Below are positions 9,901-19,283 of a DNA stretch of 64,000 bases, piece by piece; the stretch's first letter is position 1; every line of letters starts with the position of its first letter. The DNA is from Thermoanaerobaculia bacterium (GTDB lineage: Bacteria > Acidobacteriota > Thermoanaerobaculia > UBA5066): the NCBI GenBank assembly GCA_963719225.1, contig CAVRAY010000001.1, forward strand, positions 3,104,001 to 3,168,000, read 5' to 3'. Position numbers and translations under genes: made by a program. The notes beneath the pieces are model-generated. The model made no database searches. It saw only the letters and a list, made by a program, of their open reading frames with translations, and was not told where the DNA came from.

Positions 9901-12900
9901 ACGGCCTGCGCGTCGGATGGGCCGTTGTTCGTGACGACCGTCGTGAAGACGAGGTCCGCGCCACCCGGCACCGCCGTCGCGGGGCCGGTCTTCGTGATCA
10001 CGAGGTCCGCCGAGGGCTGGGCCGTTCCCGAGGTCGTCGACGAGTTGTTCAGCGGGTCCGGGTCGGGGGTCGTCGAGGTGACGGCCGCCGTGTTCGCGAT
10101 CGAGTCGCCCGAAAGCACCGCCGCATCCACGTGAACGACGAGGGTGAAGGCTCCGGAGGCAAGAGGCGCGAGCGTCGCGTTCGAGCAGGACACGGTGCCG
10201 GAGGCGCCGACCGCGGGCGTCGAGCACGACCAGCCGCCGGGCGAGGTGAGAGAGACGAAGGTGGTTCCCGGGGGCAGCGTGTCCGTCAGCGAGACCGCCG
10301 TCGCCGTGGACGGACCGGCATTCGTCACGGTGATCGAATACGTCGCGTCCTGGCCGGGCACGAGCGTCCCGGGCCCCGTCTTGACGACCTGCATGTCGGC
10401 CTGGGGCGTGAGCGTGTCGGTGTCCGTAGAGGTATTGTTGCCGGTGTTCGGATCGAAGGTCCCGGCCGGCGTCGTGACCGTCGCGGTGTTCACGAGCGAG
10501 CCCATCGCCGACGGGCTGATCGAGGCGACGACGGTGAACGTCGCCGAACCCCCGGCGAGGAGCGACACGGCCGTGTTGATGCTGTTCACGCCGGCCGGCG
10601 CCGCGCAGCTTGAGCCGCCCGTCGGAGCGCAGCTCCAGGTCGCCGAAGAGATCGCGGGAGACGGCAACGCGTCGACGACGGGAGCATTCACGACCGCGCT
10701 CGGGCCCGCGTTCGAGACCACGATCGTGTATGTCGTCGTCGTCCCCGGGACGACGGTCGGAACGCCGTCCGTCTTCGTGATCGAGAGGTCGGCTTCGAGG
10801 ACGTCGAGGTGGGCGCTCGTCCCGGCCGGGTTCGATCCGATCGTCGTGACGAGCGCGCCCACGGGAATCACGTTGTCGTAGCCGCCCGGGACCGCCGACG
10901 TCACGGGGACGGTGATCGTGCAGCCCGCCGCCGGAATCGAAGCGCCGCTCTTGTACGTGACGCTCGAACCACCGGCCGCCGCCACGACGTTCACCGCGGC
11001 ACAGGTCCCCCCGATGGTCGCCGGCGTGCCGAGGACGAGATTCGGCGGCAGCGTGTCGACGAAGTCGGCCGCCAGGGTCAGCGCGACCGCGTTCGTGTTC
11101 CCGAGCGTCAGGGTCAGGGTCGAGCTGGCCCCGAGCGGAATGGACGTCGGGGAGAACGACTTCAGGACGCTCGGGAGCGCGAGGACCTGGAGAGTGGCCG
11201 TGCCCGCGACCGTGTTGTTCCCGACGGTGGTCTGGACCGCGCCGATGGGGATGGTGTTCACGTAGGAGCGGACGGTCGAGGAGGTCACGTCGACCTGGAT
11301 CGAGCAGACGCCGAGCGCGGGCAGGCCTCCCCCGCTCAGGTACGTCACGGTCGTCGCGCCGGCGTTCGCCACGACGCTCGCCGCCGTGCAGCCCGCGCCG
11401 AGGAGGAGATTCGCCGGCGTCGCGATGACGAGACCGGGCCCCGGGAACGTGTCCACGAGATTGGCGGTCAGGGTCGCAGCGGTCAGGTTTCCGTTCGAGA
11501 TCGTGAGCGTGAACCTCGAGATGCCGCCTGCGCCGATGACGGCCGGCACGAAGGACTTGGCGACGCTCGGAGGCTGAAATGGGTTGACGAACAGGCGGTC
11601 GGTGGCGGTTGCCGCGTTGTTTCCGCCGCTCGTCTGCAGCGCGTTCGGCAGGATCGTGTTCGTGTAGGGGCCGCCCGGCGCCGTGGACGTCACGTCCACG
11701 ACCACGACGCAGCCGCCCGCCGGGATGCTGCCGCCCGTCAGCGTGACGCTCGCCGCTCCCGTCGACACGGCGCCGCCCGTGCACGTCGTGGAGGCGTTCG
11801 GGCTCGCGGCCACGAAGACGTTGGGGGGAAGGTTGTCCGTCAGCGGGACCGACAGGGTGAGCGCCGAGGCGTTCGCGTTGCCGAGCGTGATCGTCAGCGT
11901 CGACGTCCCGCCCGGGTTGATCGTCCCGGGACTGAAGGACTTCAGGACCGTGGGCGGCGTGAGCGCCTTCACGACGAGGCCCGCCGTCGCCGGCTGGGTC
12001 GGGCTTCCGGCGTCCGTCACGAGCGCGCCAGCGGCGATCAGGTTGGTGTACGAGCCGACCGTGGACGACGTGACGTCCACGATGATCGTGCAGACGCCGA
12101 ACGGGATCGCCGAGCCCGAGGCGTACCGCACGAGGCTCGCGGCCGCCGTGATGGTGCCGGGACATGTCCCGCGGACGTTCGGGATGGCCGCGACGGTGAC
12201 GCCGGCGGGCAGGTTGTCGTCGAGACTGCTCGTGAGCGTCAGCGCCGCGCCGTTCGGGTTCCCGAGCGTGATCGTCAGGGCGGAGATGTCGCCCGTGAAG
12301 ATCGTGGATGGCGCGAAGGTCTTGGACATCGTCGGGGGCACCGGGGACGCGACGCCGAGGCTCGCGGTGGCGGGCTGCTGGTTGAAACCGGCTGTCGTCG
12401 AGAGCTGCCCGGCCGCGATCAGGTTCGTGTAGACGCCGGGCGTCGCGGACGTGACGTCTACCTCGATCGTGCAGCCACCCGCCGGGATCGACGAGCCGTT
12501 CGCCCAGGTGATGAAGGTCGACCCCGCGGCCGCGGTGACGAGGCCGGGGCAGGTCTGGACGACATTCGGCGCCGCGGCGACGAAGACGTTCCCCGGCAGG
12601 GCATCCGTGAACAGAGCCGAGAGCGTGATGGCTGCGGCGTTCGGATTGCCGAACGTGATCGTGAGCTTCGACGTCGCACCCGCCGCGATGGTCACCGGAG
12701 TGAACGACTTGCTCACCGTGGGCGGGGAATTCACGGTGAGCGTCGCCGTCGCACCGCCCAGGTTCGTCAGCCCCTCGTTCGTGACGATGGTGCTCCCCCC
12801 GATGCTGTTGATGTAGACGCCCGGCGTGTTCGAGACGACGGTCGCGAGGAACGTGCAGTTGCCGCCCGCCGCGATCGTCGCGCCGGTCACGGAGAGTGTG

Positions 12901-15900
12901 CCGCCGCCGGCCACGGCCGTCACGACGCCGCCCCCCGCCGTCGCGCAGGTGCCGCCCGCCGCGGGCGTCGTCGCGATCGCAACGCCCGCCGGGAGCGTGT
13001 CGGTGAGGGAGACGCCCGTGATCGGAATCGTCGCGCCGTTCGTGACCGTGACGGTCAGGACGGTCGTCTGCCCCGGGTTGCGCGTCGTGTTCGTGAACGC
13101 CTTGGCGACCGTGGGACGGGCGACGACGAAGAGCGTCGCGGTCGCGGCCGACTGGTTCGGGATCCCCTCGTCCGTCGTGACGGCGTTCGCCGGGATCGTG
13201 TTGTTGTACGCGCCCAGCACGTTCGCGACGACGTCGACCGTGATCGAGCAGCTCGTCCCGGGCGTGATCGTGCCGAGCGTGATCGTCACGAGGCCGTTGG
13301 ACCCGCCGTTCGAGGTCGCGACGGCCGCGAGGCCGCCCGGTCCCGTCCCGGCGCAGTCGGTCGTCGCGTTCGGCGTGGCGGCGATGAAGAGCCCGTTGGG
13401 AAGCGTGTCCGTGAACGTGACGCCGTGAAGCGTGAGGGGCGTCGGCGCGTTCGGGTCGAACGAGCTCACGAGGCTCATCGTCAGCTTCGAGACCTGCGCG
13501 GGAATGACGTAGGCGGGCGAGAACGCCTTCAGGACGTTCAGCCCCTGCAGCGTGGAGAGCGTCGCGGAGGTTCCCGTCGGGTTCGTGTAGCCCTGGGCGC
13601 TCACGATCGCGCCGGCCGGAATCGTGTTCGTGAGGTTCAGAAACCGCGTCGACGTCGTCGTGACGGTCACGCGGCACGTCGTCGAGGCGGGGAGCGAGGC
13701 CCCCGTCAGCCGCACCATTCCGTCGCCGGGAATCGCGGTCACGATGCCGCCCGCGCACGTCGTCGACGCGCTTGGCACGGAATAGATCTCGATGCCGACG
13801 GGGAACGTGTCCGTGAAGCCGACGCCCGTCATCGTGATCAATGAGGGGTTGATGACGTCGATCTGGAGGATCGAGGGCTGGCCGCCCGTCACGACGACGG
13901 GATTGAACGACTTGTTGATGTTGATCTGCGCGGCCGCGACGGTCAGGGTCGCCGCGACGGCGGCGGTGTTCGCGGCGCCCTCGGCGCTCGTGATCCTTCC
14001 GATCGGAACGGAGTTGCTCCAGGGGCCCGCGCCGCTCGTCACGGCGTCGAAGGAGAAGTCGCACGCCCCGCCCGCGGCGAGCGTCGCGCCGAGGAGCTGG
14101 GCGCGCGTCGCCCCGGGGTTGACGACCATCGTGGGCGAGCCGGCGCAATTCGTCGCGGGGTTCGCGGGATTCGCCACGCTGAGGCCGGCGCTGAACGTGT
14201 TGTCGTCGACGGAGACGTTCGTCAGGACGCCGCTGGACGTGTTGCTGACCGTGATCCTCACGCGCGAGACGCCTCCGGACGCGACCGACGCCGGCGTGAA
14301 CGTCTTCGCCCCCGACAGGCCCGTGTTGATCGTGAGGATCGCCTGGACCGCCGCGGGAATCGAGACGCCTTCGTTGCTCGTGAATTGCGCGGGGGTGATG
14401 ATGTTGGTCTTCGCGCCGAGCGCCGTTCCCGTCACGCGCACCGAGATCGCGCAGCTCGAATCCTGCGAGGCGATCGGCCGGGCCGCCACCGTCCCCCCCG
14501 TCAGGATGACGACCGTATCGTTCGGGAAGGCCTGGAGCGAGCCGCCGCACGTATTCGTCGGGGTCGGGTTCGCCGCGAGCGTGACGCCCGCGGGCAGGTT
14601 GTCCGTGAGCGAGACGCCGGTAAGGGGGACGACCGTGCGGTTGAAGAGCGTGATCGTGAGCGTCGAGATCTGGCCCTGCGCGATCGCCGCGGGCGCGAAC
14701 GTCTTCGTGACGGCGCCGGACGCGATGGTGACGACGTTGACGCTCGAGGCGTTGACGTTCCCGACGCCGCCGGCGGGTCCCGTTCCGGTGATGCTGCCCA
14801 GCGGGATCGTGTTCGTGAACGTCACGCCGACCGTCGTCGTCGCGGGGAGCTGGGCCCAGATGTTGATGGTGCACACGCCCGGGCTTGCGCCCACGCCCGC
14901 CACTATGGTGCCGCCCGTCCAGAGGAGCCCCGCGTCCGCGGCGGTCGGCGCCACGCCCGTGCTGACTCCGGCGGCGTTCGTGCCGGTGAACGTGCCCCCG
15001 GTGCAGCCCGCGTTCGCCGTGAAGAACCCGCTCCCGGCGTCGAAGAGAGTCATCTGGAACGTCGAGGCGCTCGGGAGGACGTCCCGGAACGTGACGCTCG
15101 TGACCGGACCGCCCGAGAAGTTGCTGATCGCCACGGTGAACCGGGTCCACTGCCCGGGCGCGACGTTCGCGAGCGCGACGGACTTGGCGACAGTGAGCTG
15201 CGCGTTCGCCGTGAGCACGGCCGTGACCGGCCCGGGGCTCGCGTGATTGTTCGGATTGACGACCGCGTTCGCGGGGATCGTGTTCGTGTGTGCGCCGTCG
15301 AACGTCGACGTCAGGGAAGCCGTGATCGTGCAGTTTCCCCCGGGGCCAGCCCTGGCGCCCGTGAGGGTGATCGTCTGGTCGAGGAGGTTCGCGGGGGCCG
15401 AGAGCGTGCCGTTCACCGCGCCCGTGCCCGTGCAGACGACGACCGGGTTCGGCGCGACCGGCACGCTCGCGGAATTCATGATCTTGAGGGTCGTGCCGGT
15501 CAGGTTGTCCGCGAAGCTCGTGATGTCGAGCGCGTTCGCAGTGCTCGCGTTGCTGATCCGGAGCGTCATGACCGAGGGCTGGCCGGCCGGAATGTTCGGG
15601 GTGGCGAAGCTCTTCGTCACGCCGATCGGCGTATTGACGTTGAGGCTCCGGCTGAATCCCGGGCTCGTGAGCCCGCGCGTGTTGCCGATCGCCCCGGCGC
15701 CGAGGACGTTGTTGAAGGCCTGCGTCGTGCCCGAGATCGACGGCACGGTCACTCTCACGACGATCGTGCACGTGCCGCTCTGGCCGATCGTGCCGCCGGC
15801 GAGCGTCACGGCCGTGTCGTTCGGGGCGGGCGCCGGCGAGAGCGCGCCGTTCACGGCGCTCGTCCCGGCGCAGCTCGTGGAGGCGCCCGTGGGGTTCGCG

Positions 15901-16625
15901 ACGACCATCCCCGCCGGGAACGTGTCGGTGAAGCTCGTGAGAGGAATCGTCGCACCCGCGTTCGGGTTCGTGAGGGTGATCGTGAGGGTGACGGGATCGC
16001 CCGCGATGGCGGGCGACGGCACGAAGACCTTGTTCCCCGTCGGGTTGCTCATGGTGTTGACCGAAAGCGTCGCGCTCGCGGGCGTCGAGTTGAAGACCGG
16101 AACGCCGTTCTCCTTCGCCGTGTAGCCGCTCGTCGTCGCGTCAGGAATCGTATTCGCCGGAATCACCGCGACGTGGTTCCCGGTCGTCGTCGCCGTGACG
16201 TCGATCTGGAAGAAGCACTGCCCGTCGACGGCGCCGGTTCCCGCGGGAATCGTGCCGGCCGTCAGGAACACCGTGGACGTGCCCGGGGTCGCCCCGCTCA
16301 CCGTGAAACCGCACGAGTTGGAGATGTTCGGCGGGTTCGCGATCGTGACGGCGGCCGGGAGGACCTCCGTCACGGCCGCCTCGGTCAGGGGAACGACCGA
16401 GCTGTTCGCGATCGTGATGCGGTACTGCGAGATGTCGCCCGGGTTGATCGTGGCCGGGGTGAACTGATGGTTGATGGTCGTGGAGGCGAAGGCCGTGGCC
16501 GACGCGAGGGCGGCCGCCACGGCGAGGGCGCGGACCGCGAGGCGGCCGCACGCCCACTCGCGGCATGAGGCGCCACGGGAACGCGGCTCCGCGCTCCGTT
16601 CGTTTCCAGTGCGCAGGATTCCCAC
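6996..16625 (-). CDS. Giant surface protein/adhesin: about 14 DUF7933-like plus about 10 DUF11 Ig-like repeats and an IPTL-CTERM-like sorting tail
   Basis: Uninterrupted 3209-aa ORF; signal-like N-terminus; repeats K(S/T)F.P..I..G and ADL...K...N.GP...D.LP...DP...N; ends VPALSTWALLALVLALAFAGARLLRHAA. Confidence 0.88.
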   Translation of the reverse strand: MGILRTGNERSAEPRSRGASCREWACGRLAVRALAVAAALASATAFASTTINHQFTPATINPGDISQYRITIANSSVVPLTEAAVTEVLPAAVTIANPPNISNSCGFTVSGATPGTSTVFLTAGTIPAGTGAVDGQCFFQIDVTATTTGNHVAVIPANTIPDATTSGYTAKENGVPVFNSTPASATLSVNTMSNPTGNKVFVPSPAIAGDPVTLTITLTNPNAGATIPLTSFTDTFPAGMVVANPTGASTSCAGTSAVNGALSPAPAPNDTAVTLAGGTIGQSGTCTIVVRVTVPSISGTTQAFNNVLGAGAIGNTRGLTSPGFSRSLNVNTPIGVTKSFATPNIPAGQPSVMTLRISNASTANALDITSFADNLTGTTLKIMNSASVPVAPNPVVVCTGTGAVNGTLSAPANLLDQTITLTGARAGPGGNCTITASLTSTFDGAHTNTIPANAVVNPNNHASPGPVTAVLTANAQLTVAKSVALANVAPGQWTRFTVAISNFSGGPVTSVTFRDVLPSASTFQMTLFDAGSGFFTANAGCTGGTFTGTNAAGVSTGVAPTAADAGLLWTGGTIVAGVGASPGVCTINIWAQLPATTTVGVTFTNTIPLGSITGTGPAGGVGNVNASSVNVVTIASGAVTKTFAPAAIAQGQISTLTITLFNRTVVPLTGVSLTDNLPAGVTLAANPTPTNTCGGSLQAFPNDTVVILTGGTVAARPIASQDSSCAISVRVTGTALGAKTNIITPAQFTSNEGVSIPAAVQAILTINTGLSGAKTFTPASVASGGVSRVRITVSNTSSGVLTNVSVDDNTFSAGLSVANPANPATNCAGSPTMVVNPGATRAQLLGATLAAGGACDFSFDAVTSGAGPWSNSVPIGRITSAEGAANTAAVAATLTVAAAQININKSFNPVVVTGGQPSILQIDVINPSLITMTGVGFTDTFPVGIEIYSVPSASTTCAGGIVTAIPGDGMVRLTGASLPASTTCRVTVTTTSTRFLNLTNTIPAGAIVSAQGYTNPTGTSATLSTLQGLNVLKAFSPAYVIPAQVSKLTMSLVSSFDPNAPTPLTLHGVTFTDTLPNGLFIAATPNATTDCAGTGPGGLAAVATSNGGSNGLVTITLGTITPGTSCSITVDVVANVLGAYNNTIPANAVTTDEGIPNQSAATATLFVVARPTVAKAFTNTTRNPGQTTVLTVTVTNGATIPITGVSLTDTLPAGVAIATTPAAGGTCATAGGGVVTAVAGGGTLSVTGATIAAGGNCTFLATVVSNTPGVYINSIGGSTIVTNEGLTNLGGATATLTVNSPPTVSKSFTPVTIAAGATSKLTITFGNPNAAAITLSALFTDALPGNVFVAAAPNVVQTCPGLVTAAAGSTFITWANGSSIPAGGCTIEVDVTSATPGVYTNLIAAGQLSTTAGFNQQPATASLGVASPVPPTMSKTFAPSTIFTGDISALTITLGNPNGAALTLTSSLDDNLPAGVTVAAIPNVRGTCPGTITAAASLVRYASGSAIPFGVCTIIVDVTSSTVGSYTNLIAAGALVTDAGSPTQPATAGLVVKALTPPTVLKSFSPGTINPGGTSTLTITLGNANASALTLSVPLTDNLPPNVFVAASPNASTTCTGGAVSTGAASVTLTGGSIPAGGCVVVVDVTSTAPGGPYTNTILPNALQTSGGNNAATATDRLFVNPFQPPSVAKSFVPAVIGAGGISRFTLTISNGNLTAATLTANLVDTFPGPGLVIATPANLLLGAGCTAASVVANAGATTVTYLSGGGLPALGVCSIQVDVTSSTVRSYVNTIPIGAVQTTVGNNTVAGTATLQVLALPSVLKSFSPTSIPLGASSTLTLTLGNTNAVALTLAADFVDTLPPNLVLGTPATIGGTCAAVNVVAAAGGSSVTYKSGASIPAAGCTITVPVTSAVPGGYDNVIPVGALVTTIGSNPAGTSAHLDVLEADLSITKTDGVPTVVPGTTTTYTIVVSNAGPSAVVNAPVVDALPSPAISSATWSCAPTGGSSCAAPAGVNSINTAVSLLAGGSATFTVVASISPSAMGSLVNTATVTTPAGTFDPNTGNNTSTDTDTLTPQADMQVVKTGPGTLVPGQDATYSITVTNAGPSTATAVSLTDTLPPGTTFVSLTSPGGWSCSTPAVGASGTVSCSNATLAPLASGAFTLVVHVDAAVLSGDSIANTAAVTSTTPDPDPLNNSSTTSGTAQPSADLVITKTGPATAVPGGADLVFTTVVTNNGPSDAQAVAVTDPTPSGLTFVSNAGDCATAFPCSLGTLSPGAVRTITSTYAIPSGYPKPAPIANVTTVSSTTPDPVPGNNTSTANVSVPDGLADLAVTKIVSNPVPAVGTNVTFTVTLRNDGPSDASGIAVTDVLPSGLAFVSASASQGAYASATGIWAAGALVLNASATLTITATVTQAGTIANTATVTASNAIDPNPSNNSGTAVVNGPPLVADIQVAKTVDVAAPLVGTNVTFTVTVLNAGPSNATGVAVTDVLPSGLSFVSATPSAGTSFAAGVWTIGSLPNGASVTLLLVANVTAAGSYVNTAAKTAENEFDPNTSNDSAVAGVVAGGGGLLQADLGLLKLDSPDPVRAGQNLTYTLVVTNRGPNDATGVTITDPLPAAVSFVSAMPSQGACSGAATVTCTLGGLGAGNSAAVSIVVAVSAAAVPSVTNTATVTASEPDPNPPDNIATAQTTVVPVADVGLLKAVSNPAPQVAQSFTFTVTATNNGPSTANGVVVTDVLPANLGFVSFVASQGAYVSATGVWTVGTLANGASASLTLTATALSPGAFTNTATKTGQIELDPNPANDTASAGGGVGVVADLTILKTHAPATFLRGATGTFSFTVSNVGTGSTVGAVTVTDALPAGFTPIAASGTGWACSVAAPNVSCSRADALAIGPPWPSISVTVNVLQSAGASLSNTATVAGGGDITPANDSSTDVVPVGSSADLAIVKTGPATAVPGTNIVYTLVVTNNGPSDAAGVVVADPTPTNLTFVPGGGACGTGFPCSLGSLASGAAATLTVTFHIPAGYTAPSPIPNTASVSATTPDPNPANNAASVSTSVAADVSVTKTIEGGPLVVGQVFTYRIVVTNHGPSTATGIVLTDPLPSTVTFSSVSTTQGSCSGTSTVTCAIGTLVNGASATVLVQVLPRLTAISVTNTATVAGNEFDPDGTNNVSTADLASLNGVPALSTWALLALVLALAFAGARLLRHAA

Positions 16626-16708
16626 GAAAGGACATACAGACTACGCGCGACCCGACGCGAACTCAAGGATACGTGTGAATCAGGCGGGATGCAGGCTTGG
16701 AAAAACCT

Positions 16709-17680
16709 TCAATCGAGCGCTGCCGCGAAGATCCGCACGATTTCGCCCGCCGGCTCGACCGACGTGATCGACGCGACGCTCTTCCCCGCCTGCCAGCAGT
16801 CGGCCGACGTCGCACCCTTAACGGACGCGCCGCGGAGCCGGAACGCCGAGCGCAGCGAGTACCAGCCGCGGATCCAGTGCTTCGTCGTCCGCCCCTTGAG
16901 CATGAGGCGCCCGATCGGCCCAGCCTTCGTCCCCATGCGCTCGATGAAAGGCGTCCGGATGACCGAAAGCGGGACGCCCGTGATCCTCTCCGTCGCGACG
17001 ACGTCTTCCTCTTCCGCATCGAGGATCGCCTTCTTGTAGTCCGTGTGCGCCGAGCACTCTGCCGTGGCGATGAAGCGCGTGCCGGCCTGGACAGCCGCGT
17101 AGCCGATCTGCAGCATCGCCTTGAACTCCCGCTCGCTTCCGACGCCGCCGGCACAGACGAGCGGCACCCCGAGATCGGCGAGGGACGCGTACAACTCCTC
17201 CGGACCGAGCTTGCCGAGGTGTCCGCCGGCGCGGCGGTTCACGCAGATGAGGCCGTCCACGCCCTTTTCGAGGCCCTTCTCCGCCCAACGCCGGTCGATG
17301 ACGTCGTGGTAGACGAAGCCTCCGGCCGCGTGGACGCGCTCGACGACCCACCGCGGATCTCCGAGCGCCGTCACGAAAAACCGCACGCCTTCTTCCAGCG
17401 CCTCGTCCACCCAGCGCGACATCCGCTTGAGGTAGACGGCGGAGAGCGACTTTTCGGTCAGGACGTTCACCCCGATCGGCTTTTTCGTGAGGCTCTTGAT
17501 CTCCCGCAGCCCGGTCCGGAATTCGCGGCCGTGCACGAAGACGAGGGAAAGCGGCTGGACGACGCCGAGGCCGCCGGCTTCCGAGACCGCGGCCACGAGC
17601 TCGGGATTGCTGCACGGGTACATCGCCCCGCAGATGAGCGGCACCTCGACGCCGGCGGCTTCGGTGAACGCCGTTTTCAT
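16709..17680 (-). CDS. Nitronate monooxygenase / 2-nitropropane dioxygenase family flavoprotein
   Basis: PLICGAM...LVAAVSEAGGLG...AGGH...AGGV...GTRFIAT.E...WQAG; ATG at 17680. Confidence 0.9.
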   Translation of the reverse strand: MKTAFTEAAGVEVPLICGAMYPCSNPELVAAVSEAGGLGVVQPLSLVFVHGREFRTGLREIKSLTKKPIGVNVLTEKSLSAVYLKRMSRWVDEALEEGVRFFVTALGDPRWVVERVHAAGGFVYHDVIDRRWAEKGLEKGVDGLICVNRRAGGHLGKLGPEELYASLADLGVPLVCAGGVGSEREFKAMLQIGYAAVQAGTRFIATAECSAHTDYKKAILDAEEEDVVATERITGVPLSVIRTPFIERMGTKAGPIGRLMLKGRTTKHWIRGWYSLRSAFRLRGASVKGATSADCWQAGKSVASITSVEPAGEIVRIFAAALD

Positions 17681-17697
17681 TATCTGGCGAATTCGAG

Positions 17698-18075
17698 CTA
17701 CCAACTCTTCCGTTCGATGCCGGCCACTACGTCGAAGTGCTCATCCCGGCTCAGCAGCGGAAGCCGGTGCTGAAGGGCGAGGGCCGCGATCCAGGCGTCG
17801 TTCGCCGGTATCGGACGACCCGATCGCCTGAGAGCCAGCCGCAGCGCAGCGTAGGCGATGGCGGTCTCGTCCGTCACCGCCAGGATCTCGAAATGAGGAA
17901 GGTGGCTTTTCAGCCATGTTTCATAAGCCGCGCGATGGCGGGACTCCGCAATGCCGTATCGAAACTCACCGAGCACGATGACCGGAATGGCCGCTCGAAC
18001 CTCCCGGCGCAGAGCTTCGCCGACACCAGTATCCCCACCCACGAATGCAGACAACGCGTTGGTGTCCAGGATCAC
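17698..18075 (-). CDS. vapC: VapC PIN-domain toxin
   Basis: MILDTNALS...LGEFRYG...PIPANDAWIAALA...LLSRDEHF. Confidence 0.93.
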   Translation of the reverse strand: MILDTNALSAFVGGDTGVGEALRREVRAAIPVIVLGEFRYGIAESRHRAAYETWLKSHLPHFEILAVTDETAIAYAALRLALRRSGRPIPANDAWIAALALQHRLPLLSRDEHFDVVAGIERKSW

Positions 18076-18332
18076 GTTCGGTCCTCGGGCTCGACGACTT
18101 CGAAGACTTCATCGACCCTGGCCTGGATGCGCCTCATCTCGTTCCGGAGCCGGCGCAGCTTGCCGAAGCCCTGCATCCATTCCGGCTCAACGACACCAGC
18201 CTTGCCGGTCCCGGATGCGAGCTTCTCTTGCAATGCATCGGTCACGAGCTCCTTGAGCGTTTGACCGCGTTCGGCAGCTCTCGACTTGGCTCGGCGGAAC
18301 AGCGGGTCCGGAATCTCGACCGTCGTCTTCAT
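18072..18332 (-). CDS. vapB: VapB-like RHH antitoxin
   Basis: MKTTVEIPDPLFRRAKSRAAERGQTLKELV; 4-bp ATGA overlap with vapC. Confidence 0.85.
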   Translation of the reverse strand: MKTTVEIPDPLFRRAKSRAAERGQTLKELVTDALQEKLASGTGKAGVVEPEWMQGFGKLRRLRNEMRRIQARVDEVFEVVEPEDRT

Positions 18333-18354
18333 CGACCCATATTACCATATTTAC
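18333..18354 (-). promoter_or_regulatory. Extended -10 promoter (TGgTAATAT) 6 nt before the vapB ATG, overlapping a CCATATT(T)AC direct repeat (probable autoregulatory operator)
   Basis: Plus strand reads ccatattaccatatttac; no SD present, consistent with a leaderless transcript. Confidence 0.55.
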
Positions 18355-18417
18355 GGTTCGCAGGAGCATGAGCGACGGAGACGGTCCCGGTGGCATGCTT
18401 CGTGAGAGGACTCCCTC

Positions 18418-18666
18418 ATGCGTCGCCCGCTCCTCCGCCCCGTCGCCCAAACTCTCCTCGTCGCCCTCGTGCCGCTCGCGCTTCACGGATGCGTGTCGAT
18501 CGGCGTCTCGCGCGCCGCGCTCGAGCACCCGCCCGGATCCTCCGCGCCGCCGACGGGCACGCTCGTCGTCTCCGTGTTCGAGAAAGCCGCTCGGCGCGGA
18601 GAGGGTGGCCGGGAAGGCAGCGGCAAGGTCTCGACGAGCTTCCTCGTGCCGGTGGTCGGAGAGTAG
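18418..18666 (+). CDS. Small putative lipoprotein, possibly truncated
   Basis: GAGGA SD; MRRPLLR, hydrophobic stretch, then LHGC lipobox; 82 aa. Confidence 0.5.
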   Translation: MRRPLLRPVAQTLLVALVPLALHGCVSIGVSRAALEHPPGSSAPPTGTLVVSVFEKAARRGEGGREGSGKVSTSFLVPVVGE

Positions 18667-18672
18667 CGGTTG

Positions 18673-19206
18673 ATGCGACTCCTCTCCGTGAACGTGGGAC
18701 TTCCGAAGACCGTGACGCTCATGCGGCGCACGGTGCACACCGCGTTCTTCAAGGAGCCCGTGTCGGGCGCGGTTGCGCTCTCCCGTCTCGGCCTCGAGGG
18801 CGACGGGCAGGCGGATCCGAAGTACCACGGCGGGCCCGTCAAGGCGGTCTACCTCTACCCGTTCGAGCATTACGCGTACTGGTCGGCCGTCCTGGGCCGG
18901 ATGGATCTCTTGCCCGGAGCATTCGGCGAGAACTTCACGACGGAAGGGCTGCTCGAGACCGAGACCCGCATCGGCGACGTCCTCGCGATCGGACCGGCGA
19001 AGCTCAGGGTGACGCAGCCGCGCACTCCGTGCGCGAAGCTGGGCCTCCGGATGGGCTCGATGCCGTTCGTCAGGGTGTTCGCAGCCGCCGGGCGGCCGGG
19101 CTTTTACCTGAGCGTCGTCGAGGAGGGCTCGGTGAAATCGGGCGACGCGATCACGCGGATCGCGTCCGACCCGAAGCGCCCGACCGTGGCCGAGGTGTTC
19201 GGCTAG
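18673..19206 (+). CDS. MOSC domain protein (YiiM-like)
   Basis: GLEGDGQAD...HGG..KAV...FGENF...TQPRTPCAKL...GFY. Confidence 0.92.
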   Translation: MRLLSVNVGLPKTVTLMRRTVHTAFFKEPVSGAVALSRLGLEGDGQADPKYHGGPVKAVYLYPFEHYAYWSAVLGRMDLLPGAFGENFTTEGLLETETRIGDVLAIGPAKLRVTQPRTPCAKLGLRMGSMPFVRVFAAAGRPGFYLSVVEEGSVKSGDAITRIASDPKRPTVAEVFG

Positions 19207-19283
19207 AGCCAGGCCCGCAGCGCGCGGAAGGAGCCCTACGGCCCCAGTGCGCGCTAAACTCGGACAGGAAAACGCGTCTTTTT

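Noticed and set aside
7005-16568. Very long overlapping ORFs (2744, 1202, 1011 and 727 aa)
   Set aside because: Arg/Gly-rich off-frame or antisense shadows of the GC-rich giant gene.
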